In this document: positions 17,627-26,534 of the stretch, piece by piece
How the letters are laid out: each line of letters opens with the position of its first letter
How positions within the stretch are numbered: position 1 is the stretch's first letter
DNA from: Polyangiaceae bacterium
GTDB taxonomy: Bacteria > Myxococcota_A > Polyangia > Polyangiales > Polyangiaceae
Direction: 5' to 3'
DNA: 29,732 nt
NCBI GenBank assembly: GCA_044222475.1
Contig: JBGANF010000101.1
Span: forward strand, 1 to 29,732
Made by a program: the position numbers and the translations under genes
Notes under the pieces: generated by a model
Seen by the model: the letters and a program-made list of their open reading frames with translations, nothing else
Told to the model about the DNA's origin: nothing
Databases searched by the model: none

Positions 17627-18724
17627 TCAGGTCAAGATCAACGGACCGCGCTTCGGGCCGCATGCCTCGCCGAATCGGCGGACGAAGTCGAGCTGCGACG
17701 CGGTCTGGATGTACAGGTTCGAATGCGAACGAACCTCCTGGATCGCCTCGTCGGGGCTTCGACCGAGCCACACCAGCGCTGCAGCCAGCATCGTCCCGGT
17801 GCGACCGAGACCGGCGTGGCAGTGCACGGTCACGGCCGCTCCGTCGCCCATCTCGCGCTCGAGGTCGCGACAGAGGCGCGCGGCCGGGCCGATCGCCGGG
17901 ACGCCCATGTCGGAGATCGGGAAGTGGCGGCCGCGGATGCCGTAGGGAGCCAACTTGGCGGGGGGGAACGGATCCTCCGTGAGCGACACCAGCAGCGAGA
18001 CGCCAGCGGAAGCGACGGCGATCAAGTCCGCCTCTTCGTCGTTGACGAGCCCCGGCTTGCCCATGCCCGCGAGCCGGCCCGGAAGGATCCACCGAAAGTG
18101 TTGAGGCAGCGTCGGTGGCGGAGGCTCGGGCCAGCTGTTTCCTTGACGAAGGAAGCGCTCGAACAGCGGCGACGGAGGCGCTGCGAAGAGCTCGGCGGCG
18201 GGGCCTCGCACGGCGAGTCGCCCTGCGCATACGAAACCGACGTCGTCGGCGACGGCGCGCGCGAACGCGACGTCGTGCGTGACGAGCACGATCGCGCACG
18301 TGCGCGCTCGCTCGCGCAGCGCCGCGCAGAGCTCGGCGACGGCTTCGTCGGAGAGTCCGACGTTGGGCTCGTCGAGCAAGACGGCGGCGGCGTCCGGCGC
18401 GGCGACGGCTTCGCGCCACGTCGTCGTGTCTCGGCTCCACCGCGGCGCGACCGCCGGTCGCTGCGGGACGAAGGCGACGCGCGACTTCGCGGACTCGAGA
18501 GGGCCGCCGGCGAAGCGCCACGTGCCGCGGAGCGAGGTGCCGGTCGGTGCGCGCCCGGCGAGCGAGCGGAGCAGCGTGCTCTTGCCGGTTCCGCCGGGGC
18601 CGAGGATGACCGTCACTGCGCGGTCGCGGATCTGCCAGTTCATGCCGTCGAGCAGAAGACGTCCTCCAGCGTGGAGGCTCGCATCGGTGAGCTCGACGAT
18701 CGGCGCGTCGGTGCGTTCGTTCAT
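17627..18724 (-). CDS. Fusion of a truncated ABC-type ATPase and a Cys-dependent dual-specificity (PTP/DSP) phosphatase
   Basis: Walker A GPGGTGKS, Q-loop VPQ, Walker B LLDEP, H-loop VTHD; C-terminal 'ISDMGVP' and HCHAGLGRTG (CX5R). ATGA overlap with upstream gene. Confidence 0.88.
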   Translation of the reverse strand: MNERTDAPIVELTDASLHAGGRLLLDGMNWQIRDRAVTVILGPGGTGKSTLLRSLAGRAPTGTSLRGTWRFAGGPLESAKSRVAFVPQRPAVAPRWSRDTTTWREAVAAPDAAAVLLDEPNVGLSDEAVAELCAALRERARTCAIVLVTHDVAFARAVADDVGFVCAGRLAVRGPAAELFAAPPSPLFERFLRQGNSWPEPPPPTLPQHFRWILPGRLAGMGKPGLVNDEEADLIAVASAGVSLLVSLTEDPFPPAKLAPYGIRGRHFPISDMGVPAIGPAARLCRDLEREMGDGAAVTVHCHAGLGRTGTMLAAALVWLGRSPDEAIQEVRSHSNLYIQTASQLDFVRRFGEACGPKRGPLILT

Positions 18725-19587
18725 GCAGCGCCTTGACGCATGCGGCGGAGCTTCACGAGCGCGCACGCGAACTCCGAAGGGTCCTCGCACAGCACGACGT
18801 AGACGAGCCCCTCGTCGATCCAAGTCAAGAGAGCGCGGCCGGTGTCGGCGACGGCTCCGACGAGACGCCGCTCCGGCTCGAAGGCCCCGGCGAGATCGAG
18901 CGTATCCATGGCCCAGCGGCCGACGGCGACGAGCTCGCGCACCGGTCGGGTCTCCATGCCGGTCGCGGCGACCGGTAGAGGAAACGCGGCGCCCGGCACT
19001 CGCGCGAACGCGGCCCCCGCGTTCGGAGCGTCGACGGCCAGACGAAGCGTTGCTTGTGCGTGCACGGCGAGCGCCGAGATCCTCAGCCCCACGAGGCCGA
19101 GGAGGATCTCGCCGGGGACGAAGGTGAAGCGCGCGTCGTACCCTCGCCGCCGATGCTCGACCCACGCCACCTGCTGGCTCGAGTGGCTCAAGCGCTCCAT
19201 CGCCTCGGCGGTGTGCTGTCGCAGCGCTCGCCGAAGCCCGTCCGGCGACACGATGCCGCTCTCGACCAGCGCCTCACCGAGAGCGACGCCGCGCGTGCGG
19301 CACTGCTTGTACACGTCCTCGATCGCAGCCGAGTCGAGTGGCGTCAGCGCTTGGTAGCGCAGGAGGTCGGTCATGCGTCGGCCCATCCCGTTGGCCATCG
19401 CCCAGCACACGCGTCCGTTCTCGACCAAGACGCTGCCGCAGGGCTCCGTGCGAGGTCCGACGAGCAGAGCCCCCGTCGCGCCGGGCGGAAGCTGCTCGAC
19501 CTGATCGAGAAGCTCCACCACGGCGGACGCATCGAGCCCCGCTGACGCGCCATGTTGGGAGTCGGCCCAGGGGACGCTACTCAGCAT
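18721..19587 (-). CDS. PATAN/DUF4388-like protein with MshEN-like helical motif
   Basis: 'GALLV...GSVLVENGRVCWA' PATAN-like strands; 'LGEALVESGIVSPDGLRRAL' helical motif; C-terminal alpha/beta region possibly roadblock-like. Confidence 0.65.
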   Translation of the reverse strand: MLSSVPWADSQHGASAGLDASAVVELLDQVEQLPPGATGALLVGPRTEPCGSVLVENGRVCWAMANGMGRRMTDLLRYQALTPLDSAAIEDVYKQCRTRGVALGEALVESGIVSPDGLRRALRQHTAEAMERLSHSSQQVAWVEHRRRGYDARFTFVPGEILLGLVGLRISALAVHAQATLRLAVDAPNAGAAFARVPGAAFPLPVAATGMETRPVRELVAVGRWAMDTLDLAGAFEPERRLVGAVADTGRALLTWIDEGLVYVVLCEDPSEFACALVKLRRMRQGAA

Positions 19588-19593
19588 CGTCGT

Positions 19594-19998
19594 TCACGAG
19601 GCGGCTTCCACACTCGGGAGCGCCCCTCGCGCCTTCGCGATCACCATGCCCAGGTTCGCCGAGATGCGGCAGACCGTGACGAGCACCATGTCCTCGGAGC
19701 GCTTGCAGCGCTGGAATACGTGGATCAGGTTGTCCGAGAGGACGATGATCTCCTGGAAGTAGTGGTGTCCGTCGTCCTTGACGCCTCGGGTCTTCTTGAA
19801 GAGGTTTTCGATCGCTGAGACGTTGGTGCCTTGGAAGATGTCACCGGTAGCGGCGGCGACGAGGTCGAGGACCTCCTGCGGATGGCTGTCGACCGTTTTG
19901 ACTCCGAGGAGCATCCCGGTCTTCATGTCGACGAATCCGGCGGCGACGCATTCGGGGACGCTCTTCTGGACGTTGGCGAGGGCGGTATCGAGGTTCAT
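19594..19998 (-). CDS. Roadblock/LC7 (MglB-like) fold protein, paralog 2
   Basis: 134 aa; 'CVAAGFVDMKTGMLLG', 'HYFQEIIVLSDNLIHVF', 'ANLGM'; AAAGGAAA RBS. Confidence 0.75.
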   Translation of the reverse strand: MNLDTALANVQKSVPECVAAGFVDMKTGMLLGVKTVDSHPQEVLDLVAAATGDIFQGTNVSAIENLFKKTRGVKDDGHHYFQEIIVLSDNLIHVFQRCKRSEDMVLVTVCRISANLGMVIAKARGALPSVEAAS

Positions 19999-20034
19999 AG
20001 ATGGTCTTTTCCTTTCGGTTCGGTGAAGTTGGAC

Positions 20035-20442
20035 TCAGGGGACGAGCGGTTCGACGGCGGGGATGATCGACTTCAACATGGCCCAGCCCATGCCGATGTT
20101 CGTCGACTTCTTGGTGACGAGCATGATGACCGCCTTGCCCTGCTTGATCGTCTTGGCGAAGTGGTAGTTGTGCTCCGAGCTGATGTGGATCTCCTGGAAG
20201 TAGTGCGCGCCGTTCTCCGGTACTCCGCGCTGCGCGCGCACCATCTGCTCGACGCGTCCCACGTTGGGACCACGGAACAGATCCATCGTCGCCGCGGCGA
20301 CGATCTCGTTGAGAGTCTGCGTGTACTGCGCTGCGTTGTGGATGCCGAGGAGCATCCCGGTGTCGAGGTCGACGACCCCGCAGGCCACCGCGCCTTCGAC
20401 CTTGCCCACTACGTCTTTGCATGCGTCATCAATCTTTCCCAT
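20035..20442 (-). CDS. Roadblock/LC7 (MglB-like) fold protein, paralog 1
   Basis: 135 aa; 'AVACGVVDLDTGMLLG', 'HYFQEIHISSEHNYHF', 'TNIGM'; AGGAGG RBS. Confidence 0.75.
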   Translation of the reverse strand: MGKIDDACKDVVGKVEGAVACGVVDLDTGMLLGIHNAAQYTQTLNEIVAAATMDLFRGPNVGRVEQMVRAQRGVPENGAHYFQEIHISSEHNYHFAKTIKQGKAVIMLVTKKSTNIGMGWAMLKSIIPAVEPLVP

Positions 20443-21601
20443 CGAGAGACCCTCCTGGTTGAATGTCGTTCGCCGCGATTGCGGAGAACAGTCGTCCTAC
20501 GTCCGAGCGAAACTTCAGCGCCGCGTATCGGCCAACGAGCACGTTCCCCACGAACAACGTGCACGAGGGGGCGCGGTCGATGGCATTCAGGTCGACGAGT
20601 GCGAACGCGGTGTCGTCACCGACGCACTCGATCTTCATCGCGCCCGGGAGGATGCGCCGCGCAACCTCGAGGAGCGCGCGCACGTCTTCGGAGACGTCTC
20701 CCGGCACCAGCGGTCCCGCTGCGACCGAGACCTCGCCGGTGGGGAGCTCGACGACGGCGACGGACAGCTCGGGCGAGATGTGATCGGCGCGGACGCCGAT
20801 CATGGACACGAGCGAGTGGAGGGCGTTCGGAGCACCCGGTCGCAGACTGGGCGGCGGGGCGGTGCTGACGCGCATCGCGATACCCGGAGGGGTGTGAGGC
20901 AGCACGTCGAACTCGAAGTCGACCACCGGCTCCGGCTCGGCCGATTCGTCCATCTGGCGAAGGAGGTCGAGCAGGAGACCCTGGAACGACCGCTCGATCG
21001 TCCGCGGGACGTTGGTGCCGACGGTGGTCGACACCGAGCCGGACTTCGCGGCGAGGATCGCGCGCAGCGCGTCCTCGCCCTGGACGTCTCCGCGTTGCGC
21101 GTGGACGATCTCGCCGTCCTTGAAGCAGATCGTCCCAGGCGGGACGCTGCCGACGGTGAGGCACAAGGAGCGCCGGCCGTAGTGGAACATCTGCAGCATG
21201 TCGATGAGCGACAGCCCGTGCAGGCTCCCGCGGAAACCGGTGCTGCAGTCGATGGCCTGACGAACGGCGTCGAGCATCTCGCTGGGAGTGAACGGCTTGC
21301 ACAGGACCTTGACCGCACCCAGCTCGATGGCGGTCTGGTAGTCCTTCGCCGACGCGTAGGCGCTCATCAGGATCGTCCGCGTGTGACTCGACGTCTCGCG
21401 GACCGTCGTGAGCAGGTCGATGCCGTCGCGATCGCTCATGCGGAGGTCGGTCACGAGCACGTCCACGTTCATCCTGCCGAGGACCGTCACCGCTTCTTCC
21501 ACCGACGGAGCGACCTCGACGGCCATCCCTTGGTCGGCGAGCTCGCGCGCCAGCGCCGAGCGGAGCTGCGCGTCGTCGTCGACGACCAGGACGAACGTCA
21601 T
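20429..21601 (-). CDS. Response regulator REC-DUF4388 with C-terminal extension
   Basis: REC 'VLVVDDD...VTDLRM...CKPF'; DUF4388 'FRGSLHGLSLIDMLQM...GTICFKDGEIVHA'. Confidence 0.88.
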   Translation of the reverse strand: MTFVLVVDDDAQLRSALARELADQGMAVEVAPSVEEAVTVLGRMNVDVLVTDLRMSDRDGIDLLTTVRETSSHTRTILMSAYASAKDYQTAIELGAVKVLCKPFTPSEMLDAVRQAIDCSTGFRGSLHGLSLIDMLQMFHYGRRSLCLTVGSVPPGTICFKDGEIVHAQRGDVQGEDALRAILAAKSGSVSTTVGTNVPRTIERSFQGLLLDLLRQMDESAEPEPVVDFEFDVLPHTPPGIAMRVSTAPPPSLRPGAPNALHSLVSMIGVRADHISPELSVAVVELPTGEVSVAAGPLVPGDVSEDVRALLEVARRILPGAMKIECVGDDTAFALVDLNAIDRAPSCTLFVGNVLVGRYAALKFRSDVGRLFSAIAANDIQPGGSLDGKD

Positions 21602-22665
21602 CGAAGCGTGCTCCCGAGGATGGAGCTGGCCGGCTCGCCGGCGACCAGGGTGACGACGAACTTCGCGCCGTGCGTCGTCGGCTCGAGGCGAAGGTCACCT
21701 CCGAGATCGTTCGCTGCTTCGCGCGCAGTGGTGAGCCCGAGGCCGCTCCCGTTGGGCTTCGTCGTGAAGAACGGCTCGAAGATGCGCTGGTGAAGCTCGA
21801 CCGGGACCCCCGGACCGTCGTCGTGCACGGCGATCTCGATGCGCTCGTGGCTGGTGTCCACCACGCTGCTCGCGGTGATCGCGACCTGCGTCGGGCCCGA
21901 CGCGCCTTCGATCGCGTTGACGATCAGGTTGACGATGATCTGCTCGACGACGAGGGGGTTGCCACGCGCCCAGGCCGCGTCCTCGTGCACCGTGATGCGT
22001 ACCTCGTGTCCTCCGTCACGAAGGGCGGAGCGAAGCAGCCCGGCAGCGCGATCGATGACCTCGCGCACGCCCACGTTGGAGACCACCGGCGGTCCGAGGC
22101 GAGCGAAGTCGAGGAGCCCGTCGATGGCGCGGCGCAGACGCTTGGAGGCGGTCCCAATCTCGCCGAGGATCTCGCGGAGAACGTGGGGCTCGAGCTGCGC
22201 CGTCCCGCGCGTCAGGACCTCCGAGTTGAAGACGATGCTCGCGAGAGGTGCGCGCAGATCGTGGGCGATGCTCGCGACGAGGCGCCCAGTCGCCTCGAGG
22301 CGTTGCTGATGGAGTCGTTGAACCAGCGCGAGCTGCTTCTGCGACACCTCACGCATGAACAGCAGAATGTGCGATGCGCCGAGCGCGTGGCGCGTGCACC
22401 CGAGGCAGGCGTCGGTCGTCGCCGACGGTGGCCGCCACTGCGTCGCCTCGCCCATCGGAGTGGTGGCGAGTTGCGTCCAGAGCGAGTCGGGGAGCTTCGC
22501 CGGGATCGTGCTCGGGATCTCGAGGCGGCGCAGCACCGCGCGTGCGCTCGGCGTCGCGCCCACCAGCGTTCCCGACAACGTGCAGATCGCCATCGAGCCG
22601 CCGATGTCTTCGAGACACACGTGCGTGCCGGTCCACGATCGCGACGAGAGCTCCGTCTCTTCCAT
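21598..22665 (-). CDS. Cytoplasmic sensor histidine kinase (start uncertain)
   Basis: H-box 'IAHDLRAPL', 'NLIVNA', 'DDGPG', 'FTTK', 'GSGLGL'; no TM; ATGA overlap with the response regulator. Confidence 0.9.
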   Translation of the reverse strand: MEETELSSRSWTGTHVCLEDIGGSMAICTLSGTLVGATPSARAVLRRLEIPSTIPAKLPDSLWTQLATTPMGEATQWRPPSATTDACLGCTRHALGASHILLFMREVSQKQLALVQRLHQQRLEATGRLVASIAHDLRAPLASIVFNSEVLTRGTAQLEPHVLREILGEIGTASKRLRRAIDGLLDFARLGPPVVSNVGVREVIDRAAGLLRSALRDGGHEVRITVHEDAAWARGNPLVVEQIIVNLIVNAIEGASGPTQVAITASSVVDTSHERIEIAVHDDGPGVPVELHQRIFEPFFTTKPNGSGLGLTTAREAANDLGGDLRLEPTTHGAKFVVTLVAGEPASSILGSTLR

Positions 22666-22679
22666 GCGACGGGTCCATG

Positions 22680-22695
22680 AGCAAGCTTCGGACCA
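22680..22695 (-). promoter_or_regulatory. Putative sigma-54 -24/-12 promoter
   Basis: Minus strand TGGTCCG-AAGC-TTGCT, 10-nt GG-GC spacing, 16 nt before ATG 22665, directly downstream of the sigma-54 activator gene. Confidence 0.65.
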
Positions 22696-22779
22696 TCGCG
22701 CATCTCGTGAGAACCGACTCGCCACGTGACGAGTCCCGACAGTCGGTGTCGGACTCCGCTGACGGACGAGCGCAATCCG

Positions 22780-24195
22780 TCAGAGCGCGCCGTAGCGTCG
22801 CAATTTGTCGCGCAACGTCGATCGCGGAATGGCGAGAGCCTTCGCCGCGCGACTCAGGTTCTTGGACGCATCCTGGTATGCAGAGAGGATCATGTCGCGC
22901 TCGACGTCGCGCAGACTCGATGGGCGCGTCGAGCGTGCGGGGACGACGTCGCTCATCACGATGCGCGGCTCCCTCGCGACGGGCATCGACAACGGAGGGC
23001 GCGTCGACGAGCGCGCGCGTGGCAAGCGCGCCAGCGAACGCTGGATGTCGGCTTCGCTGATCGCGTCTTCTTTCGCGAGGATCGCTGCGTGCTCGACCAG
23101 CGCCCGCAGCTCGCGCACGTTGCCCGGAAACGGCTGGCTGCGAAGGAGCTCGAGAGCCGCACCAGAGAAGCGCAGTGGCGTCGCGCCGTGGCGATCGCGG
23201 AACGAGCGCAGGAAGGAGTGGGCGAGGAGATCGATGTCGGCCGCACGCTCGCGGAGAGATGGAAGAGTGATGGTGAAACCGGCCAATCGGTAGAGCAGAT
23301 CGGCTCGAAGGATCGCACGGCTGAAGCCGGCGAGACCGCGGTTCGTCGCGCTGATCACGCGCGCCTGAAGCGTCACGTCGCGGTTCGAGCCGAGGCGGCG
23401 GAACGTTCGCGTCTCGAGCACGCGGAGGAGCTTCGGCTGGATCTGAATCGGCATCTCCGCGATCTCGTCGAGGAACACCGTACCGCCGCCAGCCGCTTCG
23501 AGGAGTCCCATGCGCGCCGCGCGCGCGCCCGTGTACGCACCGGCCTCGTGGCCGAAGAGCTCGCTCTCGAAGAGGTGCTCCGGGATCGCGGCGCAGTTGA
23601 ACGCGACGAACGGGAGCGTCGGCTCTTTGCCGAGGCGGTGGATCGACTGCGCGACGAGCTCCTTGCCGGTACCCGTTTCACCGAGGATGAGGACCGGCAC
23701 GTCGCGGTAGGGGGCGACCGAGCGGACCTGGTCGCGCACGAGCTGGATCGCCGGCGTGTGGCCGAGGATGGCGTCGGGCCCCTGGAGATCGAGGGGGTAC
23801 GGAAGGTGCGCCGCGATGTCTGCGAGCAGCGCTTCGGTCGCCTCGCGGGGATACGCCTGCCCACGCATGCGGCACGCGCCGGCTCCGCCGCGCGGCACGA
23901 GCAAGACGACGTCGTCGGGGTTCACCTCTGCTCTCACGATCGGGCACTCTTCACACGAGTCCGTCAGCCGCGGAATGGCATGGGATCCGTGGTCGATCAC
24001 CTTCATGAGGTAGCGGTCGGCCTCGAGCATTTCGCGAGCCGCGATGGGGTCGCTCGCGATCGAGAGCGTCCCGCCGGCGCGCGCGACGATGAAGCCGACC
24101 TTCTGGATCAGCGACGCATCGTGGGTGATGAGTCCAACGCGCGCTGCCTGAGGATCGGATGGGGTGGGGGCGCGATGTACCGGAGTGGAGGTCAA
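22780..24195 (-). CDS. Sigma-54-dependent transcriptional activator (bEBP, AAA+ and Fis HTH); start uncertain
   Basis: GETGTGKE, 'ESELFGHEAGAYTGA', 'FLDEI', 'RADLLYRL', 'PGNVREL', HTH 'NLSRAAKALAIPRSTL'; degenerate REC-like N-terminus. Confidence 0.93.
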   Translation of the reverse strand: MTSTPVHRAPTPSDPQAARVGLITHDASLIQKVGFIVARAGGTLSIASDPIAAREMLEADRYLMKVIDHGSHAIPRLTDSCEECPIVRAEVNPDDVVLLVPRGGAGACRMRGQAYPREATEALLADIAAHLPYPLDLQGPDAILGHTPAIQLVRDQVRSVAPYRDVPVLILGETGTGKELVAQSIHRLGKEPTLPFVAFNCAAIPEHLFESELFGHEAGAYTGARAARMGLLEAAGGGTVFLDEIAEMPIQIQPKLLRVLETRTFRRLGSNRDVTLQARVISATNRGLAGFSRAILRADLLYRLAGFTITLPSLRERAADIDLLAHSFLRSFRDRHGATPLRFSGAALELLRSQPFPGNVRELRALVEHAAILAKEDAISEADIQRSLARLPRARSSTRPPLSMPVAREPRIVMSDVVPARSTRPSSLRDVERDMILSAYQDASKNLSRAAKALAIPRSTLRDKLRRYGAL

Positions 24196-24458
24196 GGGTC
24201 GTCACCTAGATTGGCCGGCCCCCGCCACGAGCAGAGTACCCCGAGGATGGGGGAATTCGGCACCGACCGAGAAAAAAAATGGGTCGAGGGGGCGGGAGGG
24301 TCAAGAGACGGGTGCACGCTTCATACCTTGGTTTCGCCGCCGCGTTCTGCGTACGTCGGTCGAGGGGGGGGACGGGAACCGTCGCACCGCTGACGGGATT
24401 CGCCGCCGAGTCGACGAAAGCCGACGGACGGACCGAGCGGAAGGCCGCGCGCGGCGGA

Positions 24459-24474
24459 CGGTACGCCAGTTGCG
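24459..24474 (+). promoter_or_regulatory. Putative sigma-54 -24/-12 promoter
   Basis: CGGTACG-CCAG-TTGCG, 10-nt spacing, 15 nt before ATG 24488, divergent from the bEBP gene. Confidence 0.6.
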
Positions 24475-24487
24475 TGAGCACGAGCCG

Positions 24488-25718
24488 ATGAGTCACGAAC
24501 CCTCGCTCATGAACCGTGTCGCCCAGCCATCGTTGGTGTTCGCCCAGATGCTACCGGCGACGCTGCTGACTCCCGCGATTCGCCCACTCTTCGCGTCGCT
24601 GCACGGCGGCAACGAACGCGCGATGCACGCGTTCATGGCCGTCAACATGCTCGGCGGCATGGTGATGGCGCCGCTCTTCGCACGGAACGCCGATCGACGC
24701 GAGCGCCCCGAGCGATTGCTGGTTGCGCTCGCCGCGCTCGATGGCGTCCTCATGTTCGCGCTGTCGCTTGCCGATTCCGACGTTTGCGATCTTGCTGCTC
24801 CGCGGCGTCGAGGGCGGACTCCACGTGACCGCGAGCACGCTGCTGATGGCGCGGGCGGCCGCTGCGCCGCACGACCGAGCCCGCTCGGTGGCGTTGGCTG
24901 GCGGCGCGCTGATGGTGGCGATCGCGCTCGGCAGCGCGATCGGCGGGATGCTCATGGCGATCGACCCGCGCGCGCCGTTCTGGTTCGGCGCCGCCATCTC
25001 ACTCGGGGTGGCGGTCGCCGCCAGTCGCATGGCGGCTCCGCCGCCGGTGGCGGCGAAGGTCGAAGGGCGCGCGGTGTGGCTCCTGCGGTCGACCCCTGGG
25101 TTGCTCGTCCCGGCGTCCGCCGCGTTCGTCAGCCGCTTCGTGATCGGGTGTCTGGTCGTGACGTTTTCGCTCTTCGCGCACCGCGCGCACGGCCTGAGCG
25201 ATCGCAGTATAGGTGTACTCTACACATTCCTGACGTTCCCCTTCGCCCTCGGTACGTACCCGGCCGGTCGCCTCGCGGAGCGCGTGCCGCGGTCTGCGGT
25301 CCTCTGTGCGGGTGCGGTGATGATCGCGGTGACGACGTTCGGCCTTCGCACGGCGTCGGTCGGCTGGCTCCCCGCGTGGATGGCGCTCATGGGCGTGGGC
25401 TGCGCGTTGGTGTTCGCGCCGACGCTGGCGTACGCCACCACGTTGGCACCGCGAGGATCGAGCACTCGCGCTCTCGCGTTGGTCAACGCCGCGAGCTGCC
25501 TCGGCATGCTCCTCGGGCCGGCAGCGGCGGGCATCACTTGCGCGATCGTGGGGACGGGTACGGTGGAGGCCTACCGAACCGTCTTTGCGGTGGCGTCGGG
25601 GAGCGTGGTGCTGTGGCTGCTCGTGACTGCGCCGTGGACCGGGCGAAGGTTGGCGGACGAGCTGCGGGCGACCGGCGAACCGGCCCCCGCGCGCATATCG
25701 CTACGCCCCGCTCCCTGA
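24488..25718 (+). pseudogene. MFS transporter with a +1 frameshift near 24767-24770
   Basis: N-terminal helices (MSHEPS...VLMFALS) are in one frame; the rest ('PIPTFAILLLRGVEG', 'AGRLAERVPR') is in the +1 frame; removing one base from CTTG joins them. Could be a sequencing error. Confidence 0.75.
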
Positions 25719-26534
25719 CGCGGCCGCTCCGCGCAGCGTCTCCAGCTCTGCTGCCTGCTCTGCGAGCTTCCGATCGCGCTGCTCCAGGCTCTGACGCTGC
25801 GCTTGTATGGCGAGCTCGAGCTCCTCCACGAGTGCCTCTTGCTCGCGGAGGGCGTCCTCGAGCTCTTCGTTGGATGGAGGCGCTTCCTCGGCTCGCGTCC
25901 GCTCGTCTGCTGCGGCGCGCAGCTCGTTCTCGAGGGTCTCGATGCGCTCCTTGGCTTCGCGCAGGTCTCCGCGTGCTTCTGCGAGCTCGCGGGTGGCCTG
26001 AAGCGCTTCGTCCAATCGAGCTCGCAGCTCGCGCTCGAGCGTCTCGATGCGTTCCTTGGCATCGCGCAGCTCTCGGCGTGCTTCCTCGAGCTCTCGGGCG
26101 GCCGGAAGCGCTTCGTCCAATTGGGTTTGCAACGCGGCAGTAGTCGCTTCTGAGGCCATCCGCTCCTCGGCCGCTGCCCGCAGCTCGCGCTCGAGCGTCT
26201 CCACGCGTGCCGAGGCCTCGCCCAGCTTGGCTGCGAGCGCATCCCGCTCGCCGGCGCTGGCGAGGAGCGCTTCGTGTTCGCGGCGCGCGTCGTCACTCTG
26301 TTCGGTGGCCGGAGGTGTTTCCTCCAACTGGGTCCGCAGCTCGCTGACCGTCTCTTCCGCGCGCGTCCGTTCTTCGGTTGCCGTGCGGAGCTCGTCCTCG
26401 AGCGTCTCCACCCGATCGAGGGCGTCGCGCAGCTTGGCGGCGAGGGCTTCCCGCTCGCCGGCGCCGGTGAGTCCGCGGAAGAAGGCCGAGAAGACGCTCG
26501 ACGTTCTCTGGTTCTCTTCGTGCCCGTCACCCAT
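25701..26534 (-). CDS. Repetitive coiled-coil protein
   Basis: AAGGAA RBS, overlaps GTPase stop; E/A/L/R-rich heptads with four '(V/I)ETLE.ELR' repeats. Confidence 0.8.
   Translation of the reverse strand: MGDGHEENQRTSSVFSAFFRGLTGAGEREALAAKLRDALDRVETLEDELRTATEERTRAEETVSELRTQLEETPPATEQSDDARREHEALLASAGERDALAAKLGEASARVETLERELRAAAEERMASEATTAALQTQLDEALPAARELEEARRELRDAKERIETLERELRARLDEALQATRELAEARGDLREAKERIETLENELRAAADERTRAEEAPPSNEELEDALREQEALVEELELAIQAQRQSLEQRDRKLAEQAAELETLRGAAASGSGA
25915..26122. repeat. 105-bp imperfect tandem repeat (35 aa = 5 heptads) within the coiled-coil gene
   Basis: GTCTCGATGCG at 25936 and 26041; AAGCGCTTCGTCCAAT at 26001 and 26106. Confidence 0.8.

Noticed and set aside
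24313..24328. Minus-strand AGGTATGAAGCGTGCA as sigma-54 promoter of the bEBP
   Set aside because: Correct spacing but weak at both boxes; compatible with chance.
22726..24393. Long Arg/Ala-rich ORFs such as 22726..24393, 10615..12969, 6182..7897, 13747..15336 and 26885..29449
   Set aside because: Alternate-frame or antisense shadows of motif-supported genes, expected in high-GC DNA.
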